NCBI GenBank assembly: GCA_963722155.1
Contig: CAVRLR010000001.1
Span: forward strand, 354,292 to 418,291
Direction: 5' to 3'
Length of the DNA: 64,000 nucleotides
DNA from: Bryobacterales bacterium
Lineage (GTDB): Bacteria; Acidobacteriota; Terriglobia; Bryobacterales; Bryobacteraceae
Part shown: positions 1 through 11,259 of the stretch, piece after piece
How the letters are laid out: every line of letters begins with the position of its first letter
Position numbering within the stretch: the stretch's first letter is position 1
Notes under the pieces: model-generated
What the model was told of the DNA's origin: nothing
Database searches by the model: none
The model's input: the letters and a program-made list of their open reading frames with translations, nothing else
Position numbers and translations under genes: made by a program

Positions 1-1553
1 CACGGGCGCAACGTCTCATCGAGGATGCGGCGATTCGTCGCGTTGTCATCGACAACCAGCACAAATAACCCCTGTAACAAGTTGTTTCCGGCTTCCGGCC
101 GCAACCCGGCAATGCTCTGCTCACAAGCAGGTAGCGGCAGGGAAACGTGGAATGTACTGCCCTTGCCAAGGTCACTCTCGACCCAAATGTCACCGTTCAT
201 CAATTTGACGAGCTGACTGGAAATGGTCAGGCCGAGACCGGTGCCGCCAAAGCGCCGGACCGAAGACCCATCTACTTGTGTGAACGCATCAAAGATGGTT
301 TCCCGCCTATTGGCGGGAATGCCGATTCCCGTATCCCGCACGGCAAAAGCCACGCGGTTTTCTCCCAAGTTCGTCCGCGACTTCCCGACCGATAAAACGA
401 CTTCGCCCTGCTCAGTGAACTTAATCGCGTTACCTACTAAATTGACCAGGACCTGCCGCAGACGGCCGGCATCGCCCAAGACGAAGCGCGGAACGTCCCC
501 CGCTATTTGTCCGGCTAATTCCAAACCTTTCTCGTGGGCCCGGAGCGCTAAAGATCGTAAGGCTTCTTCCACGCAAGCATGAAGGTCAAACTCGATCGCT
601 GAAACTTGCAATTTTTGAGCTTCGATTTTCGAAAAATCTAGGATGTCATTGATGACAGCCAACAGAGAATCCGCGGAAATCCTCACGGTTTCGAGGTATT
701 CTTTTTGCTCTGCCGTGAGATCCGTTCCAAGAGCCAATTCGGTCATTCCGATAACACCGTTCATCGGTGTGCGGATCTCGTGGCTCATGTTCGCCAGGAA
801 CTCGCTTTTGACTCGATTTGCTACTTCCGCCTTTTCCTTCGCCGCACTCAGCTCGGTAGTCCGCTCCTCAACGCGCTGTTCCAATTGTTCGCGGTGTCCC
901 CGCAACTCTTCTTTCGAAAGCTCCAACTCGGCCTGCCGGACCGCAATTCCCTTCATTTCCCGCATACTCCGCACACAGGAGATGATCAGAAAGAAATTTT
1001 CAAACAAAACCCACGCGGCATGCTCAACCCATCTCCAATGGCTCGCGGTCAGGATACCGAATACCGACTGCGGAAAGTAGACTCCGCGAATGAAATGATC
1101 CGCCGCGACTACAAGTGTGGCCGGAATCATGACGGTCCAATCGCGATAAAACGCGAGGAAAGCCAGCGATCCAAAGACGTGGAAATGCGTTTCAATTCTT
1201 CCGCCGCTAAGATGGATCAGCAGTGCGGACATGAGCATCTGGCCGGTGGCGATGACATATCGCGTAGAGCGGGCGCCTGCCTGGAAGAAGCCCAGGAGGA
1301 TAGGGAAAACGTTGATGGCAGCGCCGAGAACAATTGCGATCCAGACATGAAAATGAACGCGGCTTTCGGATCCCGACCAGGTACGAGGCGACACCCAGAA
1401 CGCGACAACGATGCCCGCGATCCATTGCACCAGCATTAGGACCGCAAACATACGATCGGTCTGCCGGCAGATAGAAAACCAATGGCTGCTAAACAGTTGT
1501 TGCGTGCGAACTGCTAACTTTTCGCCGGCTGGATCCGATTCACAGCTCGGCAT
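1..1553 (-). CDS. hybrid sensor histidine kinase (polytopic N-terminal sensor, HisKA, HATPase_c, start of a receiver domain); 3' end runs off the left edge
   Basis: My minus-strand translation from the ATG at 1553 gives several hydrophobic helices ([23 protein letters not shown]) and a coiled coil. It continues with the H-box [11 protein letters not shown] and ATPase boxes ([26 protein letters not shown]), then [13 protein letters not shown] at the window edge. It is absent from the ORF track because there is no stop in the window. The + ORFs at 643-1439 are its antisense shadow. Confidence 0.85.
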   Translation of the reverse strand, partial: MPSCESDPAGEKLAVRTQQLFSSHWFSICRQTDRMFAVLMLVQWIAGIVVAFWVSPRTWSGSESRVHFHVWIAIVLGAAINVFPILLGFFQAGARSTRYVIATGQMLMSALLIHLSGGRIETHFHVFGSLAFLAFYRDWTVMIPATLVVAADHFIRGVYFPQSVFGILTASHWRWVEHAAWVLFENFFLIISCVRSMREMKGIAVRQAELELSKEELRGHREQLEQRVEERTTELSAAKEKAEVANRVKSEFLANMSHEIRTPMNGVIGMTELALGTDLTAEQKEYLETVRISADSLLAVINDILDFSKIEAQKLQVSAIEFDLHACVEEALRSLALRAHEKGLELAGQIAGDVPRFVLGDAGRLRQVLVNLVGNAIKFTEQGEVVLSVGKSRTNLGENRVAFAVRDTGIGIPANRRETIFDAFTQVDGSSVRRFGGTGLGLTISSQLVKLMNGDIWVESDLGKGSTFHVSLPLPACEQSIAGLRPEAGNNLLQGLFVLVVDDNATNRRILDETLRP

Positions 1554-2285
1554 TTACAGCTCTCCTTCAGGGACTCGTGTGAGCCGGACCTGCTGAGGCT
1601 GCCCCATAGTGCGAGTCTTTGTGTCATCCAGCGGCACGACTTGCCCATTGCGCTCCGCGCGCGCGGCAGCGGTGCTCCGGAGCGAACACCCGAACACTGG
1701 AGTAGAAGAGAAACCCGCCACTCCCGATGTAACGACGCCAATCACTGTATCCCGGCCAACGTTATCACCGGAATGGCCTCTTGAGGCAGTGATTCCACCT
1801 TTGAATAGCAGGCGTCCAGTCTGGTCATAGAGAAGCGTTTCCCCGGAAGTTGCCGCGCCAAAGCGCTGTGCCTCAACCCCATCCGGATCGTCCATGACGA
1901 TGACTCCTGGAATTTGCATCGCAGTCTGACGTAGATCCGTATCCGACCAACGTGGATTGAAGCCAGATGGCCTATAAAGAAGGACTTCGGCCCGGATCTT
2001 GCCGGAACACCGGGCCACTATGACAGCCAGTTCATTGAGCGTGGCTCTAGTACATGGACAATGCGGATGTACAGCCAATACGAGTGTCGCTTTTCCCCGG
2101 GAACGGCTAAGCGCTGTTGTAGTCGGCCATGTTCGCCCCGATTGGAGCTGTATGCCAGGTGTATAAGAGTACTCAAGTAGGTGGCGCATGCCAAAGCCCA
2201 CTCCGGCAAGCCACACGACCGTGATTGTGAACAGCATCAAACGGCGAATGGATGGCCGAGCCATGAACGAACAAACATGCCTCAT
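1554..2285 (-). CDS. membrane-anchored thioredoxin-fold-like protein with a C-P-C redox-type motif
   Basis: 243-aa ORF with an N-terminal TM helix (LMLFTITVVWLAGVGF) followed by LVLAVHPHCPCTRATLNEL. Its TAA stop directly abuts the kinase ATG (minus sense GCTGTAAATG), so the two genes look co-transcribed. Confidence 0.45.
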   Translation of the reverse strand: MRHVCSFMARPSIRRLMLFTITVVWLAGVGFGMRHLLEYSYTPGIQLQSGRTWPTTTALSRSRGKATLVLAVHPHCPCTRATLNELAVIVARCSGKIRAEVLLYRPSGFNPRWSDTDLRQTAMQIPGVIVMDDPDGVEAQRFGAATSGETLLYDQTGRLLFKGGITASRGHSGDNVGRDTVIGVVTSGVAGFSSTPVFGCSLRSTAAARAERNGQVVPLDDTKTRTMGQPQQVRLTRVPEGEL

Positions 2286-2799
2286 GAATGTAATCCGATC
2301 GGACGATGTCGTTCGACCTCGAACGGCTCAAGACTCATAACGGCCCGGTCGGTCCCGAACTTTAGCGTTCCTACTGATATTTCTTGCGTTTTCAGGGACT
2401 TGGATACAAGCGATCGCTTCGATTTGCACCTTTCGATGGAAGAAAGCGGTCAGTTAAGGGCGAGTTTAGAAAGTCAGCGGCAATAGGCTACGTGATACGT
2501 GATAGCAGCCTTCCCGGGAATCGACATTCGATCGCCGCCGATCTACGCAAATCCAAAAATTCTTTCACCCCTAAGCCTCAACTACTTATGCGGGATAGTT
2601 GCCCGCGTCGGCACGCCTCATAAGCTAGCTTGCGATCGTGTATCGCCCTTGTCCTCCTAAACCGGGTCTGCCGATCGGAACCCGGCTATGTCAATACCAG
2701 TTCCGATTTCGTTTCGTAAAATGCGCCGTCTGTTCGCCTTCGCCGACCGCTCGGCTCGAGATTGACAGTGGAGCGCAATCGCGGTAACGTACACGTTTC

Positions 2800-3390
2800 A
2801 TGCCTTCCCGTGGACGCTTTCTGCAAGATAGTCTTGCACTGGGCGCGATCGCTGTATCTGAATACGGCTATTGCACCTGCACAGCAGAACGGCCGGAGGG
2901 GGACGAGCGGCGGCGCGAGATTCTGCGTAGCCATGATGCAGTGTTTCGCGAGCTGGACTATATCGCCGGGCTCATTTTCTTCTGTTACAACGACTACCGG
3001 ACGCACATCGGAGATCGCGGCACGGGCGTGTTGCGCCAAAGAGTGCACGGGGTGGTAGACGTCTGGGGTAACCATAAGCCTTCGTATGAGCTGCTGCGTG
3101 AAGAATCAAGCCCGATCGCGGAGTTGCGGATCGAAGGAGCGCCCACTGCGTTCCGCGTTACAGTGCAGACCCGGCCGCATGTGCCTGCCTATACGCTGCG
3201 CGGCTACCGTTTGCGCGGGACGTATTTTGGTTACGGGCAAATTCCGATAGAACAACAGGAAGCATCCCTCCCCGAACTCAAACCGGGCAGCGAAGCCTCG
3301 CTCGCATTGAAATTCGCCGGCGCACGGCCAGAGAAGATTCAATTCGATGTGCTGCGTCCCACGGGATTTTCCGCCTATACACGAGTATGA
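2800..3390 (+). pseudogene. C-terminal remnant of a glycoside hydrolase family 2 enzyme (beta-galactosidase/glucuronidase type)
   Basis: The 196-aa ORF begins just before a nucleophile-type motif (AIAVSEYGYC). It continues with the GH2 TIM-barrel tail (FFCYNDYRTHIGDRG...RVHGVVDVWGNHKPSYELL). The roughly 400 N-terminal residues expected for GH2 are missing, and 2286-2799 has no convincing ORF. Confidence 0.6.
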
Positions 3391-6300
3391 AAATCGTAAA
3401 GGCTTGGGCGGCGCCGGTCACGCTGCCGACCTACGAGCCACATGCGCCCGACAAGAATCCGATGTTCCTGGAGACGCGGGTCTACCAGGGCAGCAGCGGG
3501 AAGGTGTATCCCGTGCCCTTCACGGATCGCATCGCGACGCAACCGCGCGAGCGGCAGTGGCAGGCCGTGCACATTGAGAACGAGTTCCTGCAAGTGATGG
3601 TTCTGCCTGAAATCGGCGGACGCATCCACGCGGGTCTTGATAAGACCAACGGGTACGACTTTTTCTATCGTCAGCACGTCATCAAGCCGGCGCTGGTGGG
3701 GCTTGCCGGGCCGTGGATCTCGGGAGGCGTGGAGTTTAACTGGCCGCAGCACCACCGGCCGGCGACGTTTCTGCCGGTGGATTACAAGATCGAGGAACAT
3801 GCCGATGGCTCCCGAACAATTTGGTTGAGTGATCACGATCCGATGAACCGTCTGCGCGGCATGCATGGCGTCTGTCTGCATCCGGGCCGCGCTTATTTGG
3901 AAGTCAAGGTTAGGCTTTACAACCGCACGCCGTTTCACGCAGACATTTCTCTGGTGGGCGAACGCCGGCGTGCACGTGAACGACGAGTATCAGTCGTTTT
4001 TTCCGCCCGACGTGGAATTCGTGGCCGATCACGCCAGGCGCGCGATGAGCACATACCCGCTTTGTGAGGGCCGCTACTACGGCGTCGATTACGGAAGCCG
4101 TGGCTATCCGGCAAACGACCTGAGCCGGTATGTGAACATTCCCGTGCCAACCAGCTACATGGCGATCGGCTCAGCGGAAGATTTTCTCGGCGGCTACGAT
4201 CATCGAAAGCGCGCGGGAGTGGTGCACGTGGCGAATCACCACATTGCGCCCGGCAAGAAGCAATGGACATGGGGCAATGCAGAATTCGGACATACCTGGG
4301 AACGAAACCTGACGGACCATGATGGGCCGTATATCGAACTGATGGCAGGCGTCTATACCGACAATCAGCCGGACTTTTCCTTTCTCACGCCGTGGGAGAC
4401 GCGAACCTTTGAACAGTATTGGTATCCAATCCAGGAAATTGGACCGGCGCAGCAGGCGAATCGAGACGCGGCAATCAGCCTGCGGCAGCGAGGACGGGAC
4501 GATTCGAGTAGGCGTGTGCGTCACGCAGCGATTTCCGGCAGCTACGGTGACCCTCGAAAGAGACGGTAAATCGGCCGCCACGTGGACGCGAGATTTAGCC
4601 CCCGGGAATGTGCTCGTCGAAAATGTCGTTTCATCTGGAGAAGGTGTGCTCCGGTTGTTCGTAAAGACTGCCGAAGGCCGCGAATTGATCGCCTATCAGC
4701 CGCGGTCGACGGCAGACGGAGATCCACCCAAGCCAGCAACGGAACCACCGCCTCCCGAAACAATCGCGACGAACGACGAACTATATTTCACCGGGCTGCA
4801 TCTCGAACAATACCGGCACGCTACGCGCTCGCCCGAGCCCTACTGGAAGGAAGCGCTCGATCGCGATCCGGAGGATGTGCGTTCAAACAATGCTTTAGGC
4901 CTGTGGCATCTTCGTCGAGGCGAGTTTTCGCGTGCAGAACGGCATTTGCGGCGGGCGATCGCCTCTCTGACCCGTCGGAATGACAATCCCTACGATTGCG
5001 AGGCTTACTACAATCTCGGACTTACGCTTCGCTATTTGGACCGGCGGGCAGAGGCCTATGCCGCATTCTACAAAGCGACCTGGAACTACGCCTGGCGCGC
5101 GGCGAGTTTCCACGCTTTGGCGGAACTTGACGCCGAGCGTGGTCATTGGGAGCACGCGCTCGAACACGTTGAACGATGCTTGCGTACGAATGCGGACGAT
5201 CTGAATGCCCGCAATCTCGCGGTTCGGCTCCTGCGGGAACTGGGGCGACGTGCAGAAGCAGACGAAAATTTGACCGCAATATTGAAGCTCGATCCGCTCG
5301 ATCCATGGGCTGGCCATCTGGCAAACAACGCATTCACGGCCGACGATCAGACGCGGCTGGATGTGGCCTTCGATTATGCGCGCGCCGGATTTTACGAAGA
5401 TGCCACGCGGCTGCTTGAAATGGCCGAGGCGCCGATGTTGATGTACTTGCGCGCCTTTTGCGAAGCAAAGCTCGGGCGCAGCCCGCAGAAGTCACTCGCC
5501 GCGGCAGCCGAGGCTTCGCCCGACTACTGTTTTCCGAGCCGGCTCGAGGAGATGCTGGTGCTGCAGTTTGCAATCGAGGCGAATCCGCCCGACGCCCGCG
5601 CGCGCTACTACCTTGGCAATCTGCTGTACGACCGGCGTCGGCATCGCGAGGCCATTGCGCTTTGGGAGCAGTCCGCTGTGCTCGATCCCGCGTTTTCCGT
5701 GATGTGGCGCAATTTAGGAATCGGCTATTTCAATATCCTCAGGGACGCGGCCAGGGCGCAGGAGGCATTTCAGAACGCCCGCGCGGCAGATCCGGCGGAC
5801 GCGCGTCTTCTCTACGAACAAGATCAACTCGCCAAGCGGACCGGAGCACTCCCCAAAGAGAGGCTCGAGCGCTTGGAACAACATTCCCCACTTGTTGGCC
5901 AACGGGACGATTTGAGCGTCGAGATGGCGGCACTCTATAACCAAACGGGGCAACCCGGGAAAGCTCTGGAGTTATTGCAGTCGCGGCAATTTCAGCCCTG
6001 GGAAGGGGGCGAGGGATTAACAATTGCGCAGTACGTACGCGCACACTTGAACCTGGGGCGCCGCGCGGTCGCAAAAGGCGACGCCTTGGAAGCTACAAGG
6101 CAGTTCGAGGCCGCGCTGGAGAATCCAGCACAAGTCGGGGAAGCGAAACATCCGCTGGCAGATCAAAGCAACATTTACTATTGGCTGGGGATGGCGTGGC
6201 AGGCGAACCGTGAAGAAGCGAGAGCGCGCGCTTGGTGGCACGAAGCTGCGGCCGCCGAAGAGATTTCGGACATGACGTATTACAGTGCACTGGCAATGCG

Positions 6301-6625
6301 GCAACTGGGCGAAGAAGATGCGTGCACGGAATTACTGAGGAAGCTGCTGGCTCACGCGCGTGACCTATCGCGAAAACCGGCTCGGATCGACTATTTCGCC
6401 ACCTCACTGCCAACTATGTTGTTGTTCCACGAAGATCTGGATGCTCGCAAAGACATTACGGCGGTTTTCCTGGAAGCGCAGAGTCGGTTTGGCCTCGGCG
6501 ACAGAAAGCGCGCGCGTTCGTTGCTCAATAGAGTTTTGAAACTCGATCCGAATCACGCGATGGCGATGGAGCTGCGCGAGGAACTGTTGATGGCGCAGCC
6601 GGCTTCGGTCGAAGCGCGAGTCTGA
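3387..6625 (+). pseudogene. DUF5107-like N-terminal domain plus TPR protein, split over three frames by two frameshifts
   Basis: Track ORFs 3387-4067, 3865-4569 and 4409-6625 join into one protein. The first junction is ...RLYNRTPF / TQTFLWWANAGV, with the frame change near 3936. The second is ...NRDAAISL / EDGTIRVGVCVTQ, with the change near 4480-4490. The last 700 aa are TPR-like repeats. Confidence 0.7.
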
Positions 6626-6628
6626 CGG

Positions 6629-8011
6629 ATGAATACGTTCAATGCCCGTTACGCCTGGACCATCTCTCTGGCGGCGGCACTCGGCGGATTGCTGTTTGGC
6701 TACGACTGGGTGGTGATAGGCGGTGCCAAGCCGTTTTACGAGACATATTTTCGGCTGACGACGGCACGCTCGATCGGCTGGGCCAATAGCTGCGCATTGC
6801 TCGGCTGCCTTGGCGGCTCACTGATAGCCGGATGGGCGAGCGATCGTTTCGGCCGCAAGAAATTACTGCTGCTATCGGCCGTGCTGTTTGCGGTGTCCTC
6901 CGCGCTTACCGCTTTAGCCGGAAGTTTTGGCGCCTTCATCGGCTGGCGCATTACCGGCGGCGTAGCGATCGGAATCGCGTCGAATGTTTCGCCCACCTAC
7001 ATTGCGGAGGTCAGCCCGGCGCCCTGGAGGGGAAGGCTGGTGGCGCTGAACCAGCTCACGATCGTCGTGGGTATTCTGGCGGCCCAGATTGTCAACTGGC
7101 TGATCGCCGAAAAGGTCCCAATGAACGCCACAGCAGAGATGATCCGCGCATCGTGGAACGGGCAATATGGCTGGCGCTGGATGTTCGCTGCGGTAGTCGC
7201 ACCTTCGATTGTCTTTTTTCTGGCGGCTCTGTTTATTCCCGAAAGTCCGCGCTGGTTGGTAAAGAAAGCCAAATTAGCCGGGGCCAGGGCAACCCTGGCA
7301 AGAATCGGTGGCACGAAATATGCCGACGACGCCGTGGCCGAGATTCGGACCACACTCTCGGATGATGGCGGTACACAATGGGCGGATTTATTGCGTCCGG
7401 GTGTCGTGCGCGCGCTTGGCGTCGGCATCGCTCTCGCTGTGCTGCAGCAATGGAGCGGTATCAATGTCATTTTCAACTACGCGGAGGAAATTTATCGCGC
7501 GGCGGGTTATGGAGTGAGCGACGTTCTGTTCAATATTGTGATCACCGGAGCGATCAATCTGGTGTTCACGCTGGTGGCCCTGCAATTCGTCGATCGGCTG
7601 GGCCGGCGTCCGTTAATGCTGATCGGCTGTGCCGGAATCGGAATAGCTCACTTTCTGATTGGCCTGGCGTATCGTGAGGGGCTACACGGCCTGCCCGTAT
7701 TGATCTTGACGCTACTCGCCATCTCCGGCTATGCAATGTCGCTCGCGCCCGTGACGTGGGTGTTGATCTCGGAAATCTTTCCGAACAGAGTACGGGGCCG
7801 TGCGATTTCGATCTCGGTGTCCGCGTTATGGATCGCCTCCTTCGCGCTGACCTACTCGTTTCCCTCCATAGGCAAAACCCTTGGGTCTGACGGGACATTT
7901 TGGCTTTATGCTGGAATATGTCTCATAGGGTTCGGCTTCGTGTTCTGGCGGGTGCCCGAGACCAGGGGAAAGACTCTAGAGCAAATTGAACGTGAATTGA
8001 CGGCTGCTTGA
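6629..8011 (+). CDS. MFS sugar porter (sugar:H+ symporter family)
   Basis: 460 aa with 12 predicted TM segments. Sugar-porter signatures are present: DRFGRKKLLL, PESPRWL and PETRGKTLEQIE. Confidence 0.9.
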   Translation: MNTFNARYAWTISLAAALGGLLFGYDWVVIGGAKPFYETYFRLTTARSIGWANSCALLGCLGGSLIAGWASDRFGRKKLLLLSAVLFAVSSALTALAGSFGAFIGWRITGGVAIGIASNVSPTYIAEVSPAPWRGRLVALNQLTIVVGILAAQIVNWLIAEKVPMNATAEMIRASWNGQYGWRWMFAAVVAPSIVFFLAALFIPESPRWLVKKAKLAGARATLARIGGTKYADDAVAEIRTTLSDDGGTQWADLLRPGVVRALGVGIALAVLQQWSGINVIFNYAEEIYRAAGYGVSDVLFNIVITGAINLVFTLVALQFVDRLGRRPLMLIGCAGIGIAHFLIGLAYREGLHGLPVLILTLLAISGYAMSLAPVTWVLISEIFPNRVRGRAISISVSALWIASFALTYSFPSIGKTLGSDGTFWLYAGICLIGFGFVFWRVPETRGKTLEQIERELTAA

Positions 8012-8041
8012 ACGGCGGCCGGCAAGTGAGCGTCATAAGGA

Positions 8042-9223
8042 ATGACCACGATGCCTCGTCGCTTTCGGGGAGAGCCGAGTACGGCACGTGAGGTGGCGCA
8101 CGCCATTTCGCGGAGCCGCCGGGAGTTTCTGCGTGAAGCCACCGGCGCCGTGGCCGTGGGAACTCTGCTCTGCCCCTATCCGCTGAGCGCTCTGGCGCTG
8201 CCACGCGCCCGGAAAGCGATAGTCGTTACGTTCGGCGGCGGCGCCCGCGACGACGAAACGTTCGCGCCCGACGGACAGGACAACATTCCGCACATGCTCA
8301 CCGAGCTTGCGCCGCGCTCGACGTTTTTCACCCAGGTGATCAATCGCGGCATCCTAGGCCATTACGTGGCAACGGCAAGCCTGGCGACGGGAGTCTACGA
8401 GACGTTCAACAATTTCGCAAAGGTGTCGCCGGATCATCCAACCGTTTTCGAGTACTTCCGTAAGGATCTGAAGCGTCCGTCGACGGACGCCTGGGTGATC
8501 GCGCCGAGCAATGGGTTCAACCGGATTGGTGAAAGCGGATATCGCGGATACGGTCCGGGTTTCGGCGCGGGAGTGATCCTTCCGAAGCGGCTGCTGGCGG
8601 CTGCGCTCGCGGGCGGCGGTGAAGCGGATTTCAATCACCTGCTGCGCGACAATTACGAATCGTCGTCGTTCAGCCCGGTCGTGGGCGGCAACGATGTCGA
8701 ACTGAAGACACTCAGCGATATTTTTCAGCTGTCAGTTGCCGATTTTGTGGCACATGCCAAGAGCCTGGCGAGTCCGGATGAGCTTTCGGTGTACATTGCA
8801 CGCCAGCTCATGCATCGGCTTGCTCCCAGTCTCTTGTGGATCACACTACACGATATCGACGTGGCGCACTCGGGCGCGTTTTCGCTCTACCTAGACGGAA
8901 TTCGACGCTCCGACCGCTTGTGCGCGGAACTCTGGCGGACGATCCAATCCGAACCCGAGTATGCGGGCAAGACAACCATGTTCATATTGCCGGACTTCGG
9001 CCGCGACTCGGATACAAGCGCGGGCGGCAACGGCTTCCAGCATCATCGGACAGGCGATCCTACGTCGCGCACAACCTGGATGATGGCGCTGGGCGCAGGC
9101 GTGCGTGAAAACACGATCGTGGACCGGCCGATTGAATCGACTGATTTGGTGCCCACGCTCGGATCGCTCCTGGGCTTTTCGCCAAGCCTGGCTCAAGGAA
9201 AGCCGCTGCCGGAGGTGCTGTAG
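8042..9223 (+). CDS. twin-arginine-signal protein, DUF1501-like (sulfatase / alkaline-phosphatase superfamily-like)
   Basis: Tat-type N-terminus SRREFLREATGAVAVG. Family-like segments are KAIVVTFGGGARDDETF and ILPDFGRDSD...GGNGFQHHRTGD...ALGAGV, which resemble DUF1501 motifs. Confidence 0.5.
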   Translation: MTTMPRRFRGEPSTAREVAHAISRSRREFLREATGAVAVGTLLCPYPLSALALPRARKAIVVTFGGGARDDETFAPDGQDNIPHMLTELAPRSTFFTQVINRGILGHYVATASLATGVYETFNNFAKVSPDHPTVFEYFRKDLKRPSTDAWVIAPSNGFNRIGESGYRGYGPGFGAGVILPKRLLAAALAGGGEADFNHLLRDNYESSSFSPVVGGNDVELKTLSDIFQLSVADFVAHAKSLASPDELSVYIARQLMHRLAPSLLWITLHDIDVAHSGAFSLYLDGIRRSDRLCAELWRTIQSEPEYAGKTTMFILPDFGRDSDTSAGGNGFQHHRTGDPTSRTTWMMALGAGVRENTIVDRPIESTDLVPTLGSLLGFSPSLAQGKPLPEVL

Positions 9224-9228
9224 ACGCT

Positions 9229-10434
9229 ATGCTCCCGTCGCAGCTCAGCGCCGAACAGTTTCGTAGCTACCCGCTGAAAGCACGGCAGGTAGCCGTCGCG
9301 AACGTCACCCTGCTGCAGCGATTGCCGTTGAGCTTTGTTCCCTTTCTACTGAAGGAGATCGTTCTTTACGACTGGAAATTCCCAGCCGAACAATGGGAAC
9401 TGGATAAGCAGCTTTCCTATCTCGCTGACTTGTCGGACGAGCGCCGCCAGGCTGAGATGGCACGCTTCGCCAGGCTTGGCCTCACCTCTCAACTTGAGGC
9501 TTTCGATTGGTTAAATTCGCCGGCACAGTTTTTGGAGCTGCTTTCGGCGCATCTCTGGGCTACTCATCAGACGGATGAATTTCGTGAAGCTTCCGAGCAA
9601 TATGTCCACAAGTTCTACGCCACGCTCACGTGGCCGAAGCTTCCGGTGCCGCGGCTCGGAATCGTAACGGTGGGTCGCGGCGTGACGGACAACCGGTATT
9701 CGCTATTTCGCAAACTGCGGCGTAACGGAGTCTACTTCACCAATGTGAATCCTGCCAATGGCCTGGAGACACTGCTGGAAACAGTAAAACTGAGGGCAGC
9801 AAATTATCCGCAGGCGTACGGCCACTGGTCCATCCAGGGCGGAGCCAGTATGGCGGTGCCCGGGATGACAAGCGTTTCCTACGACGAGATGACACCAATA
9901 CGAAGGGCGCTCACGGAAAAGATGCGTGCCGCGTATGAATCCTCGACGTTCAACCCGGAGGTTTTGCGGACCGTGCTGGCGCGGATCGAACCTGAATCGC
10001 TGGGGATGACCGGCTCCGGACGCGATGGGACACTCGATCGGTTTCAGCTCAGCCTGCTGACAGAGGGTTCGGGAACCCAGATCTACAGCACGACTTTTGT
10101 GCAATGGGCGGCGCGCGAGGCGCTACGGCGTGCGCGGCCGTTGACATTGTTTACGCGCTACGCGCCGCGCCAAAAAGAGCGGCCAATGAACGAGTTGCTC
10201 ACAGGAGCTGGGCGAACAGTTGCAACCGACCCCGAAGGTTCGCTGATCGATGGGGACATGGGGGCCTACTATACCTGGCTGAATCAGCAACGGCTTCCGG
10301 GAGCGGAGGAGTCTCGATTTCTGGTTTGGTTCGAAGGTCAGGGGGAGGCCGTAGCCATCGGCCCACATCTCAAGCCCGGCACTGCCGACGCGGCCGCGAT
10401 CGATATGGCGGAGTTGTTGAAAGCGATCGCTTAG
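9229..10434 (+). CDS. hypothetical protein (401 aa), no recognisable domain
   Basis: Long ORF starting 5 nt after the DUF1501-like gene, with coding-like composition. I recognise no motif. Confidence 0.55.
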   Translation: MLPSQLSAEQFRSYPLKARQVAVANVTLLQRLPLSFVPFLLKEIVLYDWKFPAEQWELDKQLSYLADLSDERRQAEMARFARLGLTSQLEAFDWLNSPAQFLELLSAHLWATHQTDEFREASEQYVHKFYATLTWPKLPVPRLGIVTVGRGVTDNRYSLFRKLRRNGVYFTNVNPANGLETLLETVKLRAANYPQAYGHWSIQGGASMAVPGMTSVSYDEMTPIRRALTEKMRAAYESSTFNPEVLRTVLARIEPESLGMTGSGRDGTLDRFQLSLLTEGSGTQIYSTTFVQWAAREALRRARPLTLFTRYAPRQKERPMNELLTGAGRTVATDPEGSLIDGDMGAYYTWLNQQRLPGAEESRFLVWFEGQGEAVAIGPHLKPGTADAAAIDMAELLKAIA

Positions 10435-10446
10435 ACGCACAAGGAT

Positions 10447-11259
10447 ATGCTGGAAGGGCAAATGACGAGACTTTTAGGAAAGAATGTGCTGATCACCGGC
10501 GCGTCCTCCGGAATCGGCGAGGCAATTGCCATTCGATTCGCTCAGGAGGGCGCCAATGTTGCCATCAATTACAACAGCGGGGCGGATCGCGCCGAAGCGG
10601 TGCGAGCTAAAGTAACCCAAGAAAATAAGCAAGGTAAGTCCTTGACAGTAAAAGCGAACGTCGCCGATGAACAACAGGTCAAAGATATGTTCGCGACGGT
10701 TCTTAAACAGTTCGGGGCTTTGGACATCCTGATCAACAATTCGGGAATTCAGAAGCCCGCCGCAAGCGACGAACTGGACATGGCGGACTTTGACCGGGTG
10801 CTTGGGGTAAACCTGCGTGGTTCGTTTCTCTGCGCACGCGAAGCAATCCGTCATTTTCTTTCGCGCAAGGCGAAGGGCGTAATCGTGAACAATTCGAGCG
10901 TCCACGAAATCATTCCCAAACCCAAATACGCTCCCTATTCGATGAGCAAGGGTGGTCTGGAGAACATGACCAGGACATTGGCGCTCGAATACGCGGACAG
11001 AAATATTCGCGTGAACTCAGTCGGACCGGGCGCGATCGTCACGCCGATCAATATGGCTTGGATCAACGATCCCAAGGCCAAAGCCGAAGTGGAAGGCCAC
11101 ATTCCCATGGGCCGCGCCGGTACTGCGGAGGAGATTGCCGGGGTATTCGCATTTCTCGCCTCGGACGACGCATCCTATATCACCGGACAAACGCTCTTCG
11201 CCTGCGGCGGATTGACGCTGTATCCGGAATTTCGCGTAGCCTGGTCGTCGGGAGAATAG
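10447..11259 (+). CDS. short-chain dehydrogenase, glucose 1-dehydrogenase-like
   Basis: TGASSGIGEA cofactor motif. NNSSVHEIIPKPKYAPYSMSKGGLENMTRTLALEYADRNIRVNSVGPGAIVTPIN closely parallels Bacillus glucose 1-dehydrogenase. Confidence 0.8.
   Translation: MLEGQMTRLLGKNVLITGASSGIGEAIAIRFAQEGANVAINYNSGADRAEAVRAKVTQENKQGKSLTVKANVADEQQVKDMFATVLKQFGALDILINNSGIQKPAASDELDMADFDRVLGVNLRGSFLCAREAIRHFLSRKAKGVIVNNSSVHEIIPKPKYAPYSMSKGGLENMTRTLALEYADRNIRVNSVGPGAIVTPINMAWINDPKAKAEVEGHIPMGRAGTAEEIAGVFAFLASDDASYITGQTLFACGGLTLYPEFRVAWSSGE

Noticed and set aside
643-1439. Plus-strand ORFs of 145 and 244 aa (643-1080, 705-1439)
   Set aside because: They lie antisense to a kinase reading frame with unmistakable HisKA / HATPase motifs. 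Their translations are low-complexity and Arg/Ser-rich, as expected for shadow ORFs in GC-rich DNA.
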